DNA of 64,000 bases from Octopus sinensis (GCF_006345805.1 NC_043008.1:15996001-16060000), one strand, 5' to 3'. Shown: positions 40,918-55,390, numbered from the stretch's first letter. The notes: generated by a model from the letters alone, not told the origin. Translations and numbers: made by a program.

Positions 40918-43104
40918 GACAATTTAAAATGATTAACGATTTAAAAACGTGTTGACTAGTATATATCACTCAATCCCTACATCATTTCATATATTTCAAA
41001 ATCTTTTAAAAATATTTAAAATGTATGTCAAGATAGAAAGCAATTTATTCTTTTTTTATTTAATAGTAATGCCTCTGATGAATATATATATAACCTTCGA
41101 ATAAGCAAGTCAATTAACCTGTGCAGAAGATCCCGGAAAATTACATTTACTTCCTCTTTATACACGTATGTCTATATAATCATAATACAGGGAGTGAATT
41201 ATGACACTCGTATTAGTATTGAATTAATTTATATACTCTGATAGTAGTCTTACAAATAATTGTAATTATTTACAATTATAAAATCATTAGTAATATATAA
41301 TTTCGTTGATTTCCTGATTTGGAAATTTTGATTTCGATGCCTTTTAATTTCATAGGTTGGGGCAACATGATTTTAATAACACACAAATGGAAGAATGTGA
41401 CCTAATTTTCTTAAAGGCTGTTCTCCCGAGTATTAAACTCATAACAGTCTCTTTCATTGATAAATATTTACAAGGTAGAGCATTCAGACAAGTTATTAAA
41501 CTGAGCAATTTTTTTATTTTATAAATACTTGAAAGGATCCTTATTTCAAGCCAATCATTTTAACACTTTGAAGAAACTTTATTTATTTTAAGAGTGGCAA
41601 AGATTATACGTAAGCACGCACAAACATGCACGCAGGTCTATCTATCAATCTATCTGTCTATCTATCTATCTATCTATCTATTTATCTAAGCTTGTGGATA
41701 ACCTACTAGGAATAGTATTAAAATATTAGCTTGACAGAAATGCCTGTAGCCACATATGTCGTAGTCTATCACATATGATTGTGTGTATATATGAGAGGAA
41801 AACAAAGGGAGTAGACTGTAAAGTTTTAATGGTTCGAGAAGGACCCGTGATTCTAGCAACTATTCAAATAATTGTAACAATAGAGTAATTACTCCTACCT
41901 CGATACATCGCCTATTCTATCTTGATGTCCACAGAGATAAGACGACTATATTTTGTTTTCCTTGTTTTACTTTTTACCGCTTTGTAGGCAATTTTTCCTC
42001 ACCGCCGTTATTCGATTTGCATGATATTCTACATATTTGGGAAGTAGCAAGGAAATGGACTCAAAGTAGTTCTGCATAAAGGAACAGTAAATGATTATCC
42101 CGGATTGTCGCCACTATATTTAATATGCCTTGATGACAGAGGGAAAATATCAGCCACATTACTGGAGCTTATCGGTTGCAATGTCTACAGTGAGAGGAAT
42201 ACATGACACCAGAGATAAAATTAAGTCAACTACATACCAAGGTTCTCTGTTAACTTCTTATTGATTATTTTTTCTTAGATATAATGTGATTATTAACATG
42301 TAAGTGCCTTTATGTGTATGAACTGGCGATTGGACTCTTGTAATGCGTCAATAAATACGATGATAATCAAAAGAATTCCAAAACTCTTTATGACAATTTG
42401 CAGACAGGGATTGCGAAAGGTTTAAAGAAAACCTTTTTTAATCTAGTAAACCCTGCTTTGGAAAGCTTAAGAAGCGCTTTAATTTACACAACATAAATGT
42501 GGCTCGTAAAGCTGCCAGCGCTGGAAGTTCATTCTTGCTCAATACACATGCTTACACAAACACCCAGGCACGCGCGCGCACATACACATACACAGACACA
42601 CACAGGCACACGCATATACATACACGCACAAAAATACATACATACACATAAGCAGCTATATATAAACATTAAACGACGAATAACAGTTATAAGCATTTCT
42701 ACGCCAGTATATCTATGTTGTTCCTCTCAAAGTAAACTAAAGTTAAATACAAATCAAACATTTCAAAAGATTACAAGAAATTCAGAAATATTGTTAAATA
42801 TTTATTTAATAATTGTAAAATTAATGCTACTTGTAAAATCATAACTTATATAGCCGCAGAAATGGAGAAGATTTAGAAAGGTGAAAATATATTAGATATG
42901 AACAAATGATGAGTGAAAGGCCAAATATTCGACATAGAAGTGTCTAACCTTGAATAACCGTTGTATTGTGGTTTATCACTATAGAGAATTATATCAAAAT
43001 AATAATTGAAGATTGATTCATAAATATTTCGTGTTACTCATATGAAGACTGTATAAGGTAGTCTAAAAGAATTCGGATCTCTTAGCACTATTCACTTTAA
43101 TATT

Positions 43105-43320
43105 CTTTTCTACTATAGGCATAAGGCCTGAAATTTATTGGTGAGTGGGGCCAGTCGATTAGATCGACGTCCGTACAAAAGTGGTACTTAATTTATCGAC
43201 CTCGAAAAGATGAGAGGCAAAGTTAACCGCGGTGGAATTTGAACTCAGAACGCAAAGACAGAATAAATACTGCTAAGTATTTTGCACGGTGTGCTTATCA
43301 TTTCTGCCAACTCACTGCCT
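43105..43320 (-). mobile_element. family B SINE
   Basis: GGTACTTAATTTATCGACC..GGAATTTGAACTCAGAAC..TTCTGCCAACTCACTGCC. Confidence 0.8.
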
Positions 43321-43772
43321 TTACTATTCACATTAATATTAAATGCAGAAGTTTAAAATGTTCTATAACACTATACAATATTAGATGAAGATAAAAACGA
43401 TTGCAGATCGTGTGACCTGTTCCAAGATATGCTATTTATAAGACAACCAGGCGCTATATTGACACTTGCAAATTCATGCATATAAGATTTAAATATTTGT
43501 ACTCTCATTGGACAAGACTGTGTATAAAAACATGTTTCGTAGTAAACAAATAAATGCCTCATTTGGAAGCATACATATAAAGGCATATATATATATATAT
43601 ATATATATGTGCGTGTGAATGTGTCCATATATATTTATACACACAGATATGTATCTATCAATTTGGATGTGTGCCTGTATGTCATGTATGTATGTACGTA
43701 TGTATCTATCTATCTATCTATCTCTTCATCCATGAATGTATGTATGCACGTATATATGTATATATATATCTT

Positions 43773-43820
<48 letters not shown>

Positions 43821-43852
43821 TATGTATGTATGTATCTATCTATATATATATA

Positions 43853-43905
<53 letters not shown>

Positions 43906-44929
43906 CATACACACACATGCATTCATATATATACATATAGTTGTATACATATATATGCATATATACACATATATTATATGCATTACTTTGTTCCAGAGTT
44001 TGCATATCGAATGCAAATATATGTACACACACACACGCGCACACACGCACACACACTCATACATGTATATGCGTGTGTGTATGTGTGTGCGCGTATATGT
44101 ATGTAAGTATCTATGTATTGGTGTGTGCATGTTTGTGTGTGTGTGTATGTGTGTATGTGCGTGTGTATGTGCATTTGTGTGTGCGTGTGCCTTGTCCATG
44201 ACTGCTAGGTTGCTTTAGTGTTTTTGTTTCCTGAACTACAAACTGGCATATCAATTTCCAGATCAAAATAACTCCGACAAAACTTGTTTTCATACAATAT
44301 GATTTTATATAGTTTGAATCAGAACCAACTTTTTACGAAAGTCACTCAAACACTTTGCATCAGATGAAATCCTGAAGGTATTTTGTAGTGTTACATTTAT
44401 TATAGGATACATTATAATATGAAAACATTGAGAAAGTACAAAAATCTGACAACTACAAAATACAGCAACCGGCCTTGCTGACAAAAAGATAAAAACTGAA
44501 TCATTAGTCATATTACATGAATTATTTCCGGTCAAATCTTGGTGTATGTTTCTGTCGTAATAGGATCTCTTCAGCGGATATTGATCTTTTCTTCATTACC
44601 TTATCGCTATTTCACCACGTACGATTCCTCCAAGCCATTCGTTAATAGTTTTACTATGACTGAAATATTCCTGCAGATGTAAACCCTGCTACGAAATGTG
44701 ATTTGAGTAAGAGTAGTCTTTGAGTTAATATTATCTTCCCTCACTCCATAATTATCCCTAATTAGTTTTTGACGTTCACTTAATTGAAATATTTCTCCTA
44801 CATAACCAATGTTTTCCTGCTTCCAGGCATCTCTACCATTAGTATGTTGTTGTTTCACCACCATCTAATACTAACATTCAAAAATATATAAGAACGCATT
44901 CATTAGTCCAGTTACGTTATACCATAAAC

Positions 44930-45225
44930 ACACGTGGTTTAGTGGTTAGGGTATTCGGTATTTGGCTCACGATTGTAATGTCAAGGGCTCGATTCCGAAC
45001 GGCAGTATATGTGCTTGAGCAAAGCAACTTCTTTCGCGTTGCTTCAATGCCCTTATCTGGCGAACTTTTAGTCATGCCAGTTACTGAAAAAATAATCATG
45101 CTGAGAACTAGTTTAAGCATTATCGTATTCGCGCATGCTCAGCCAGTTGCTCATTAATTTCCCCAACAGGCAGTTTTGTCGATCGAATCAACTGAAACAT
45201 ATGTCACAACCGACAGAGTCCCGTT
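44930..45225 (+). mobile_element. hybrid SINE: family D head + CORE with a family C-type tail
   Basis: Head CGTGGTTTAGTGGTTAGGG and CORE GTGCTTGAGCAAAGC. Tail GAGAACTAGTTTAAG..GCTCAGCCA..GATCGAATCAACTGAAAC..AACCGACAGAG resembles the tail of 63391-63560 read on the minus strand. Confidence 0.55.
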
Positions 45226-45719
45226 ACTACTTACTATATTTACATTCAGAAATTCTTACAAAGCATTTTCGCATATTGTACCAGCTTTCAATATCGTAAT
45301 ATAAGAAATTAAATCGATATTGTTCTCTAATTGATAATAATAAAAAAAAATTGGATTAAAGAACTCTGGCCTACATATGGTGATTGCATGCTAGAATATC
45401 TAGTTAGAACAAATATGCCAAATTCTCAACCTAATATTAAATTATACTTAAAGCGATATTCACTATGGTCGCTGATATTTCTCAAATACTAGCCAGATCC
45501 CCATGAAAACACATTTTAAATTAACTTCCAAAAAGTAATACATGATCATATATCTACTGGACCACAACTAACGTGCATCGTACCATTTCGACCAACATAG
45601 CCACCGACACTAATCCTGCATGGTTTCAAGGTGAACTAATCGATTACCAATTGAGGCAGAAAAAACGTTGTCATTGTAAGTGCTGGAATTACCGAAAGAA
45701 ATCTACAGTTTTCAAATGA

Positions 45720-45972
45720 ATGACCATAGGATTGCACCTAGAAAGTTACCCTCCGAGGTACAAGTCCAGGCAAGGTTGTTTATGGTAGGCCAGCAGTCGC
45801 CCAAGCATACCAGCCTCCAGTCTCTACACCAGTGATGTTATCCAAAGAAAGTTTGATACAGCTTGACACCAGTGATGCTGCAACACATTTCTACAGATGA
45901 GTTAACTGGAGCAACGTCAAATAAAGTGTCTTGCTCAAGGACACAACACGTAGCCCGGTCCGGGAATCGAAC
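45720..45972 (-). mobile_element. CORE-type SINE with a third tail type, head cut by (TA)n
   Basis: Minus strand: B box AGTTCGATTCCCGGACC, CORE GTGTTGTGTCCTTGAGCAAGACACTTTATTT. Confidence 0.75.
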
Positions 45973-45985
45973 TTATATATATATA

Positions 45986-46031
<46 letters not shown>

Positions 46032-47234
46032 ATATATATATATATGTATGTACATGTACACGCATGTATGCATGAGTGTTTGCCCTTCGCTGCTTGACAA
46101 CAGGAGTAGATTTGTTCGTCTAAACACTTAAAGGCCTTGTGTTGCAGCATAGCCACAGTCCATTGAGTGAAACACAAAAGAAATAAAACAGAAAATCACT
46201 ATATGTGTATATTTCAACCAGTAAATTACTGGACAGAACATCTAATAAACTTTCAGAGAAAGGCTTACTTTAAACATTTTTACCTGCACTATTAGACCCT
46301 CTATAGTGAATAGCATTCAAAGGAACACCATTATCAAGTTGAATGCATTTTTAGCAACGACCTCAGGTTAAGTCACGGAAGGAATGTCAGCAATGATTGA
46401 ACACATAAAATTCCAATGGCCAATTTACTGATTTCTTTTCTAAAGTAAAACATAAAAGAAATATTAGAACGACATAGATCTATCTTATCTTTTTTTATGT
46501 ATAAAATGATGGATCGCTATCCATCACATCGACTATTTGCAGCAAAATTTTGCCGAAGCATTATCCAAAGAGTTGATCGGCACTTTGATATATGATAATA
46601 ATAAAGCTTTGTGGCATATCTATTATCTTGATAATCATATAAGAGAACAAGTAATTGACCCTTCTCCTGAAATATTTAGGTTTGTTCACAGTGCTGGACA
46701 ATTTAGGGAAAATGTATTTATGTCTAACGAGAACGGATGCTTACTAAATAGCGAAGCCTGGAAATTGACAATGAATGTGATAGGAAACAATTCTGACATT
46801 ACTAGGATGATACACAGATATGCTTTGCTTGTCACTATTACATTCACTCTCTCTTCCTTTGTCTCTCTCTCACCCTTTCTCTCAGCCTGTTCACTCTCAT
46901 CCGTAAGCACACACACAGGCGTACCTCTCGAGCAAGTATGCGTTTAGGGGCAAACAATCATTACCTGATACATAAAAGCTGGCATAAAAGCATAAATACA
47001 TTTAACTATTTCTATGAAGATAGTGAATAGACAGTAATTCCATGTCTTATATAATCTCTTCAGATAACCGTGTAGTCACGCGCATGTCAGTATACGACAA
47101 GATTCACATAAACTCGTTTAGTTATCCTCATCACAATATGAATAAGCTTCTGTGTAAATATGTTTTACTCACAGCCCCCCCCCCCACACACACAAACACA
47201 CGTGGAGTGCGCGCACACATATCACCTTTACTGG

Positions 47235-47430
47235 TTCCAGTCGTGTGAATGAGGCAGTGCTGCAACACCATGTTGAAAATCATTTTTTAGTCGAATGCTT
47301 CGATCTCATTACTTATGTTTCAAAGCCTAGTATGTATTTTATGAGATTCCTTCGCCGAACCAGTAGATTACTGGGACAAAAACAAAACCAGCTTTCAAGT
47401 GGTGTTGGAAAGCAAACAGACACAAAAACA
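47235..47430 (-). mobile_element. family A SINE 3' fragment, diverged
   Basis: TAGTCGAATG..TCGATC..AAGCCTAGTA..TTCGCCGAACC..AAACACC-like motifs. Confidence 0.55.
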
Positions 47431-47667
47431 CACACTCATCGTGAAGTATATTTGCCACATAAATATGGTTAACATTTAAGGGTTGATGCTACTGTTGCTT
47501 GTATCCCCAATACTTTTTCTCCTGTTTCTTATAGTATTGAATATAAATTACACTGTTTATCCCTAGATATTGAGAGAATTTTCCCAATATATCATCGATA
47601 ATACCAGTTGATCGATGGTTTTTGTAATCCCTAAAGAGAACACTATATCTTCAACTGACTATATGTG

Positions 47668-47751
<84 letters not shown>

Positions 47752-49173
47752 TAATACGCATATTGTCCATTCTATATTATATTTTAAAATATAAGGCTCG
47801 TTTTCCAAGGGCAGGAAGAATTGTTATGTCTCCTAAATCCTAAATTAAAGCGTGTACCCCATTTTTTGCTGCAAAATACCTATATTCTTTCAAAAATGTA
47901 CATCAATATTGCTGATTTTGAAGAAACAATTGCTGTGATTTGCTGTAAATATCGTACCTTCAAAATGTAGAGAAATAGAGAAAAAATTTTCGTATGGTAT
48001 TTTAATCCTGCGCTCAGTACTTTGAACTTTGTAAAGGAGGAAGTCTTGGTAAATGTTTCTTTAAAATTCTCACTCACTTTTCAAGAAGTGCCTGAGAGCT
48101 CTCCCTAATTATTATCATCTTTAAAAATTTCATTCGGATGTCTAGACATATTTATGTGATATATTTCTGTTGCCAAATCCACTAAGCTTCGTTGGTAAAG
48201 GCGTTTGTTGTTTTACTTCTCTGCGGCAAAAAATTTAAGAAACTTTTGGAAAATTTGATATTGAAAATCGAATTTTAAATATGGCGACAAATTTATCATC
48301 TTGGCAGTAAATGTCTGGTTATGAAATTCGTTTCCGTCGTCGGCTGGTCAGTCGCTTAAATACCTTTTTCTTCTCTTTGTATTGCTATTGCTCGTTTCTG
48401 ATGTCTTTTTTCTATTCCTCTTCATATCGTTATTCTTGCCAAATTTATAATTCAACTGGCAAATAGCCATTCCATTTATTTGACGTTTTCAATATATTAG
48501 AATTTTATATATTTTAGGCCGCAACCTTTCTTTCAGTTCTTTCACAAATGCTGGTGTTTGTCTTCCTAATCGCATCGTTTCTGAACCATCACATTTTTTT
48601 GTCACGCCCTTTAAGATCTGCCTGGAATATCTATATCAGTTTTAAGAATAATCTTTTCAGAGTAGTATATAACACCGAGTCGATTAAGTGCTGCATTATA
48701 TATCAACCTCAATGATATCCGACAAAACACCCGTAGTTTATCATTCACAAATGCACTAATATTATTTACTTCTTTTTGTACACCGCTTCATGACACAAAA
48801 TTAGTTGGTGACATATGCATCTTTTGGTGAAAGTGTTTGGCAATACTGGCTAAAATATTTAATATTTTGATTTTGCCGGATATTATAATTAATCATTCTA
48901 ATATTTCTTTGACACGTTCCCTCTAACTTTATCATTGATCTTTCAAATGCAATATCTTATATCGTTTAATACATTTCATTCTTGTCTACTTTGGAAGGTT
49001 TTCATTATTTGGCCTGTTTTATCTTACGTGAAATTACGCAGGAAATCTTTATTTCCACGACTGTGTAAATAAATTAGTTAATATATCAGATAGAACTAAA
49101 CTTACTTTCTACAACTGTAAGCTATCATTCTCTTCTTTCAAAAATTATGGGGAGATGATCTAATCATATATAA

Positions 49174-49577
49174 TGCGCAAGAGTGGTTGTGTGGTAAGTA
49201 GCTTGCTTATCAACCACGCGGTTCCTGCTTCAGTCCCACTGCGTGGCACCTTGGGCAAGTGTCTTCTACTATAGCCTCGGGCCGACCAAGGTTTTGTGAG
49301 TGGATTTGGTAGGCGGAAACTGAAAGAAGTCCGTTGTATATATGTATATAAATGTGTGTGTGTGTTTGTATGTTTGTGTTTGTCCCTTCATCATCACTTC
49401 ACAACCGATGGTGGTGTGTTTACGTCCCCGTAACTTAGCGGTTCTGCAAAAGAGACCGATAGAATAATTACTAGGCTTACAAAGAATATGTCCTGGGGTC
49501 GATTTGTTTGACTAAGATGTGGTGCTTCAGCATTGGCCGCAGTCAAATGACTGAAACAAGAAGAAGAGTAAAAGAGT
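49174..49577 (+). mobile_element. family A SINE, full length
   Basis: Head GCGCAAGAGTGGTTGTGTGGTAAGTAGC, B-like CTTCAGTCCC, CORE, tail to AAAAGAGT. Confidence 0.9.
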
Positions 49578-49894
49578 GATGCACTAAACATCTAACACTT
49601 ACTTGCATACATTAAAATATTTGTATCAATATTTTGGTACAAGGCCAGCAACAAACAATAATATATTACAAAAATATCCCTTCTTTACATTAAACACCGT
49701 CGTATTTGGGGGTCTCTTTACAAAAATACAATTCATCACGTACGTGAAATTTGTATTTCTCTTCGACGATAGAATATGGCATTTTCGAAAATAATGGCAT
49801 GTGTATGTGTGTGAGTATGCGTGCGTGCGTATGTGTGTGTCCACACGTGTATGTTTATTTGTGTGTATGTGTCTTTGTTCGTAGTGTGTGCTTG

Positions 49895-50085
49895 TTCCTC
49901 ATCACCGCTTGACACCAGAGTTGGTGCGTTACCTCCTCATAAATTAACAGTCTGTGAAAACAGCCAAATAGAATAATTTCCAGGCGTAAATTTAAGAAGT
50001 GGGATCGACATGTTCGACGGAAATTCTTTAAGGTGATGCCCCAGCATTGCCGCAGTCCAATGAGTAAAACAAGTAAACAACAGAA
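49895..50085 (+). mobile_element. family A SINE 3' fragment
   Basis: CCGCTTGACACC...GATAGAATAA...CCAGCATTGCCGCAGTCCAATGAG. Confidence 0.6.
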
Positions 50086-50914
50086 GATAACAAGGTAAAT
50101 GAATATTTGTAGGAGGCTTATGTAAATTTCTATTGAGTGGCTTACGTACAAAATTGCTTACTTAGGTTTTCAGTATACTAAGACAAGTATTAAAAAAATT
50201 GAGACATAGATCTCCCTGATTGATTAAATCATTCAGCTTCGGATGAAATTTAATAATCCCCAAATATATAGGCGAATGGTTATAAGAAAAATATTTCAAT
50301 AATAAAATTCAAGTATCCAACAATAAAACCACAATGGTTTGATCATATTCAATATTTGTCGTATAGTGTCAATATCGAAACGTTGCTTTCGTGGAAAGCT
50401 ATATATCGAATAGAATAGATATATTTTAAATTAACTGTTGAATACATATTATCTAGTTATAACAGAAGGTAAAGCACACCGGGAAATCTTTGCTCAACCA
50501 CGTGACGTTATATATATATAAAACTATACATTCACTTGGAATGTATTTTCCATAGTTTATAACTGGATCGGAAGAATAACTGTATGGGAAATGAACGGAT
50601 TTGCGGAATTTGTATTTCTTTAGGTAGGCGTAATTTTTTTCTTTGCTCATGAAAGTATAACTGTTATGTCCTACAACGTTGGAATATATAAAATTGCGAT
50701 GCATCTCAACCCGATATGAGGGAGAACGTTAAAGAACAGCGAATAGAACTGGTGGAAATGATGCAAACACACAAGACAAGGTTAAATGGTTAACCATTCA
50801 AAATTTTGAAAATTTAGTAAGGGAGTAATATTATGGCGACAGAAAGAAAATCACCCATGGGCAATATATATTAGAGCAAAGGTCAATTAGGCAACATTTT
50901 GATAGCTTTATACA

Positions 50915-50955
<41 letters not shown>

Positions 50956-51016
50956 TATATAATATATAATATATATATATATAATATATATATATAAATA
51001 TATATAAAATATTTTA

Positions 51017-51100
51017 TTTTATAGAAGGAGCTTCTACAGGACTAGAACTGTTTCATTCAAATGAAACAGTTCTAGTCCTGTAGAAGCTCCTTCTATAAAA
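51017..51100. repeat. perfect 41-bp inverted repeat with 2-nt spacer
   Basis: TTTTATAGAAGGAGCTTCTACAGGACTAGAACTGTTTCATT-CA-AATGAAACAGTTCTAGTCCTGTAGAAGCTCCTTCTATAAAA. Confidence 0.95.
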
Positions 51101-51226
51101 AATTAATTTACTCTGCTATGTATTGAGTACCTATTTACAGTGGTTAACCCCGACTCAACCCGGGACCTACATATATAAAATATATATATATATATATTAT
51201 TATATATATAGAGAGAGAGAGATTTA

Positions 51227-51268
<42 letters not shown>

Positions 51269-51291
51269 TAAACAGTAAAAATAATTACAGA

Positions 51292-51530
51292 CATGGACAA
51301 GAACTGAAACACCACAGAGACGACACAATAACCACAGGACGGGACATTCGAAGCCCTCAGTCATCGTCAAGAACCAGATCATCTTAGCAATTTCGGCTGA
51401 TTAATCTTGAGATTGCTCCGATATGGCCAGCCCGCCAAGGAAATCTAAGCCAGCGCATTAGATCCCCTGGAAGAAGCTTCGAATGTATACAACGCGAGGA
51501 CGGAAAACGACGAAGTACATAAACAAAACT
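51292..51530. repeat. unclassified interspersed repeat, copy 2
   Basis: Homologous to 1044-1263. Confidence 0.7.
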
Positions 51531-52924
51531 ACAGAATACGTGACACCAATAAGAATACAAACGTAAAACAATAACGGTAAAATAAAATAAAAAATAAACA
51601 ACAAAACAAAACAGGACGTAGGACAAGGGTCTTCGACAGGACGAGTTGAGTATGGGGCTGGCTTGTGAAGTTGTGCCTAATGGCCACGGGGACGAACAAA
51701 TACTGTTGCTTCTGCGGCTGCTGAAAACGAAAAGAGCGCTCAACATCGGCTAGCTGTCACGTGAGAACAGGAGACAGGAGAAAGGGACATATGAAAAGAG
51801 AGAAGGTGGACGAGGGAGGAGAAGAAAGAGACAGACGCCCACAAATATATGTGTATGTAGAATGTATTTATAACTATGCTTACCTAAAATTTCACAAATA
51901 CAAACTCATACAGACATGTATTTGTTTCTTTGTGCATATATATGTATGTATGTGTGTGTATATGCGTGTACATGTGTCTGTACATGTTCGTGTGCGTGTA
52001 CGATACACGGCCGCTTTTCTATCAGTAAACACATGCACACACATACACACACATACACACACAGACACACACATATACATATACATATACACGAATATGA
52101 GCGTCAGACACAAAACTTGACAGACAGAGAGGAAGACCAAGACAGTAAAATAAATAATGCCATACAATAATTTACTGGTATTAAATCTTGTAATTACAAC
52201 AAACGGAAATAGTGTATAATTATGTATTTTCGAAGCAAATTACACGAATGTAGTAATTAATTTCATGATTTTATTGGGCATTATACAAAAAAATACATAT
52301 ATACTCCAATTTGAAATCAGGAAATTCAATTTGAATGAGTATCTTGACTGCGTATAAGTTTCGTTATCATCATTAACGTATATATCTCCAACAATTGTTA
52401 ATTCAGTGACGCAAATCGATTGATTACTATTCACCATTAGCAAAATGAAAGCAGTAATAATGTTATTTTCGGCAAATGATTTAGCAATTGATGTAATCTA
52501 AAATTGTTTGGGGGACTAAAACAATTCTATCATAGTGGAATTATTGAATTGCCTCACTACACACATATGATATTTTGTACGCTTTTACTGTTTTAATAAT
52601 TTGTAAATATAATTACAGTATATGATTAGGTAACAAAGTGTAGTTGCAGCAGCTATGTATCATAGACGGTGTCAATGTATATCTATCAATATTGTAATGT
52701 TAGTTATAAAAACATTCTGTATTAAAAACGATAAAGAATAAACTATTATGTAACACACTCATGCACACATTTAAATTGGATAAGACCATTTTAATTTAAA
52801 TTTCATAACATTAACCAGTACCTGGTAATATGTTACTCTTTGTACAAGAAGCAGTTAACCTTTATTAGTATATAGGTGTCTTTATTTGCTTGGTGCATGT
52901 GTATAAACTATATAATCAATTAAA

Positions 52925-52966
<42 letters not shown>

Positions 52967-52996
52967 ACATACATATATATACATAGATACATAGAT

Positions 52997-53055
<59 letters not shown>

Positions 53056-53064
53056 CACATAAAC

Positions 53065-53132
<68 letters not shown>

Positions 53133-53261
53133 ATATATATATATATATACAGTGTGCGCAAGATACTTGAAGACAGGTTTATGCTTATATAAAACGGTTA
53201 TATAATAGCAGATAAAACTTTATCAAAAAATACTGAGGATAAAAGTGATAATTTTTTTTGT

Positions 53262-53790
53262 ATAATTTTATTGAATAAAGCCAACTTCACCTTCAACACC
53301 TGTTTCTACATGAGATGTAAATCATCTACGTGCTCGAATGAAGTGGCCCTGGTTCAGTTTGGATAGTACTCTGATTTTGGTAGCTTTCAAATGATCTTTT
53401 GTTTTAGGGGCGTGTTTACTGACCTGTCTCTCAACAACGCTCCACATGTAATAGTGCAATGGATTTGAATCTGGGGAATTAAGAGGTCAAATGTTAAGGG
53501 TTATGTGATCCTGAAAAGCTTCATCCGTCCATTCCTGTTTTACTAAAGCCATGTGTGATAGTGCAGAGATTTACCGCAAGACATATGGCCTTCCATTGCA
53601 TACACTCGCTATCTAGATCTTAACTACTATTTCCAGGACATCAATGAAGGCGGCAGAGTTAACTAAGGTCTTGTGGAAAGAAGTAAGGAGGCATCACATG
53701 TCCTTCATTGCTGACAACCCCTAAAACCATGACAGTTGCAGGAAATTGTTTATGCATAACACTGGGAACCTCAGAAAGGTCTACACATAA
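53262..53790 (-). mobile_element. Tc1/mariner maT (DD37D-type) transposase relic, catalytic half
   Basis: Minus strand FPATVMVLGVVSNEGHVMPPYFF..GRPYV..SA.SH..DHIT...PLNSPDSNPLHYYMWSVVE..GFIQ*, with stops. Confidence 0.85.
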
Positions 53791-54329
53791 CAATATGTGT
53801 GGTGTTAGTGTATATGCATATGTATGAAGAGATATCTGTCAATGTCGCCTCACTTCCTCTCTTCTCCAAAAATTTGTCCATGTCTCTTCCAGATAACGTA
53901 CTTACTGTAACCGTTTTGTTGTGATGTATCCTGACTGATTACTGGCACTGATGTCATAGATTATCTGAGACCCAATAAACTTCAGGTGGTGTAATTATGC
54001 TTGAAACAATTACACTAGCCAACAAAGTCTAACTTTTTGTCTGCTACTCTAAGTATGAGACTAGTTTTGAGGTAATTTGGGGTCACTGAGTTTAAAAATA
54101 TCAATTTCTTTTTTCTATCAGGTCTAGGTTTTTTCAATGGGCTGGCCCTTATTGGTCCCAGTCGTAGCTCCATGTTTGAAATGTTTGAATTCTCCTGACT
54201 CTTTTTGTTATATATGAGGGTGTTTTACAATACCAAGTCAACGAATGAACATTAGTGACATGAAAGGATCTTACTTGGCTTCCTTAAATATTAGTTGGTG
54301 ATCAGGATAAATCTTGGGCCCGCACAATG

Positions 54330-55390
54330 TATGTGAACCCTATGTCAAAACACCAAGCCAATGGACAAATGCCACAAGGAAACAACTAACATTTGACATT
54401 CCTATGATGGGTTGGGAACCACAGAACCATGTAAACGATATCTAATTTTGTCTCACAAAGACTTGTTTTTATAGCAAAAGAACGTGAGAGAAAATAACTC
54501 AAATCTGCATTCACCATCTCACCCAGCGCTTCACTCAGATGGAATACCAATAGCCGTTTTGAAGTATCCACCTTCACTGCAAGGGGAAATAGATATATGT
54601 GAAGTAAATATAGATGATAAACATGACAGTGATATAGACTTTGTAGAAACATCAACCAAATAGCGTCAACATTTCAATCAGGCAGAACTTAATGATACAG
54701 TTAGAGACATAGGGTTGTCGAAAGAGTTATCAGAACTAGGCTTAAAGAGAAGAATTTATTGCAGAAAGAAACAAAAGTGACTTTTTATCATAACAAGGAA
54801 AAAGATATCTTGGCATTCTTTACAACTGGAAAAGATGTTGTTTACTATTGTGACGTGGCGGGACTGTTAAATATTATGGGTGTTGAAGAGTATGGTCCTA
54901 GTGAATGAAGACTCTTTATAGATAGTTCGAAGATGAGTCTAAAGTATGTATTACTCTATAATGGAAACTTGTTTGATTCGCTTCCTATTGGTCAGTCTGT
55001 GTACTTGAAAGAGAATTATGATCAAATAAAAGTTGTCTTAGGTTTACTTAAGTATGATGAACACAAATGGGTCATATGTGTGGATCTAAAAATGGACAAC
55101 GTTTTACTTGGACAACAAGGATGATATACAATATATATCCGTGTTTCTTGTGTTTAGGCTCTAAGGAAGCGAGAGACAAACATTAGGAACAGAAAATCTG
55201 GCCAGTTAAGAAACGTTCGATGGTTGGGGAGGAGAATATCATACACCAACCACCTGTTGAGCGAGGGAAAAAATCATCATTCTACACCTTCATATTAAAT
55301 GATGCCATATTTGAAATCAGCATCTAAAAATTAACTGAAAACACTCACAAAACCGAAGTCAGTAAGAAGTGTGTTGACCAATGTTTTTAG
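54330..55390 (+). mobile_element. CMC/Chapaev3-like DNA transposase relic
   Basis: FDIPMMGWEPQNH (FGxPMxWREPxNH), FNQAELNDTVRD.GLSKE, SLKYVLLYNGN...KENYDQIKVVL..YDEHKWVICVDLKM..LLGQQG, PCFLC, LHIK. Superfamily name is from recalled motifs, not a search. Confidence 0.6.
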
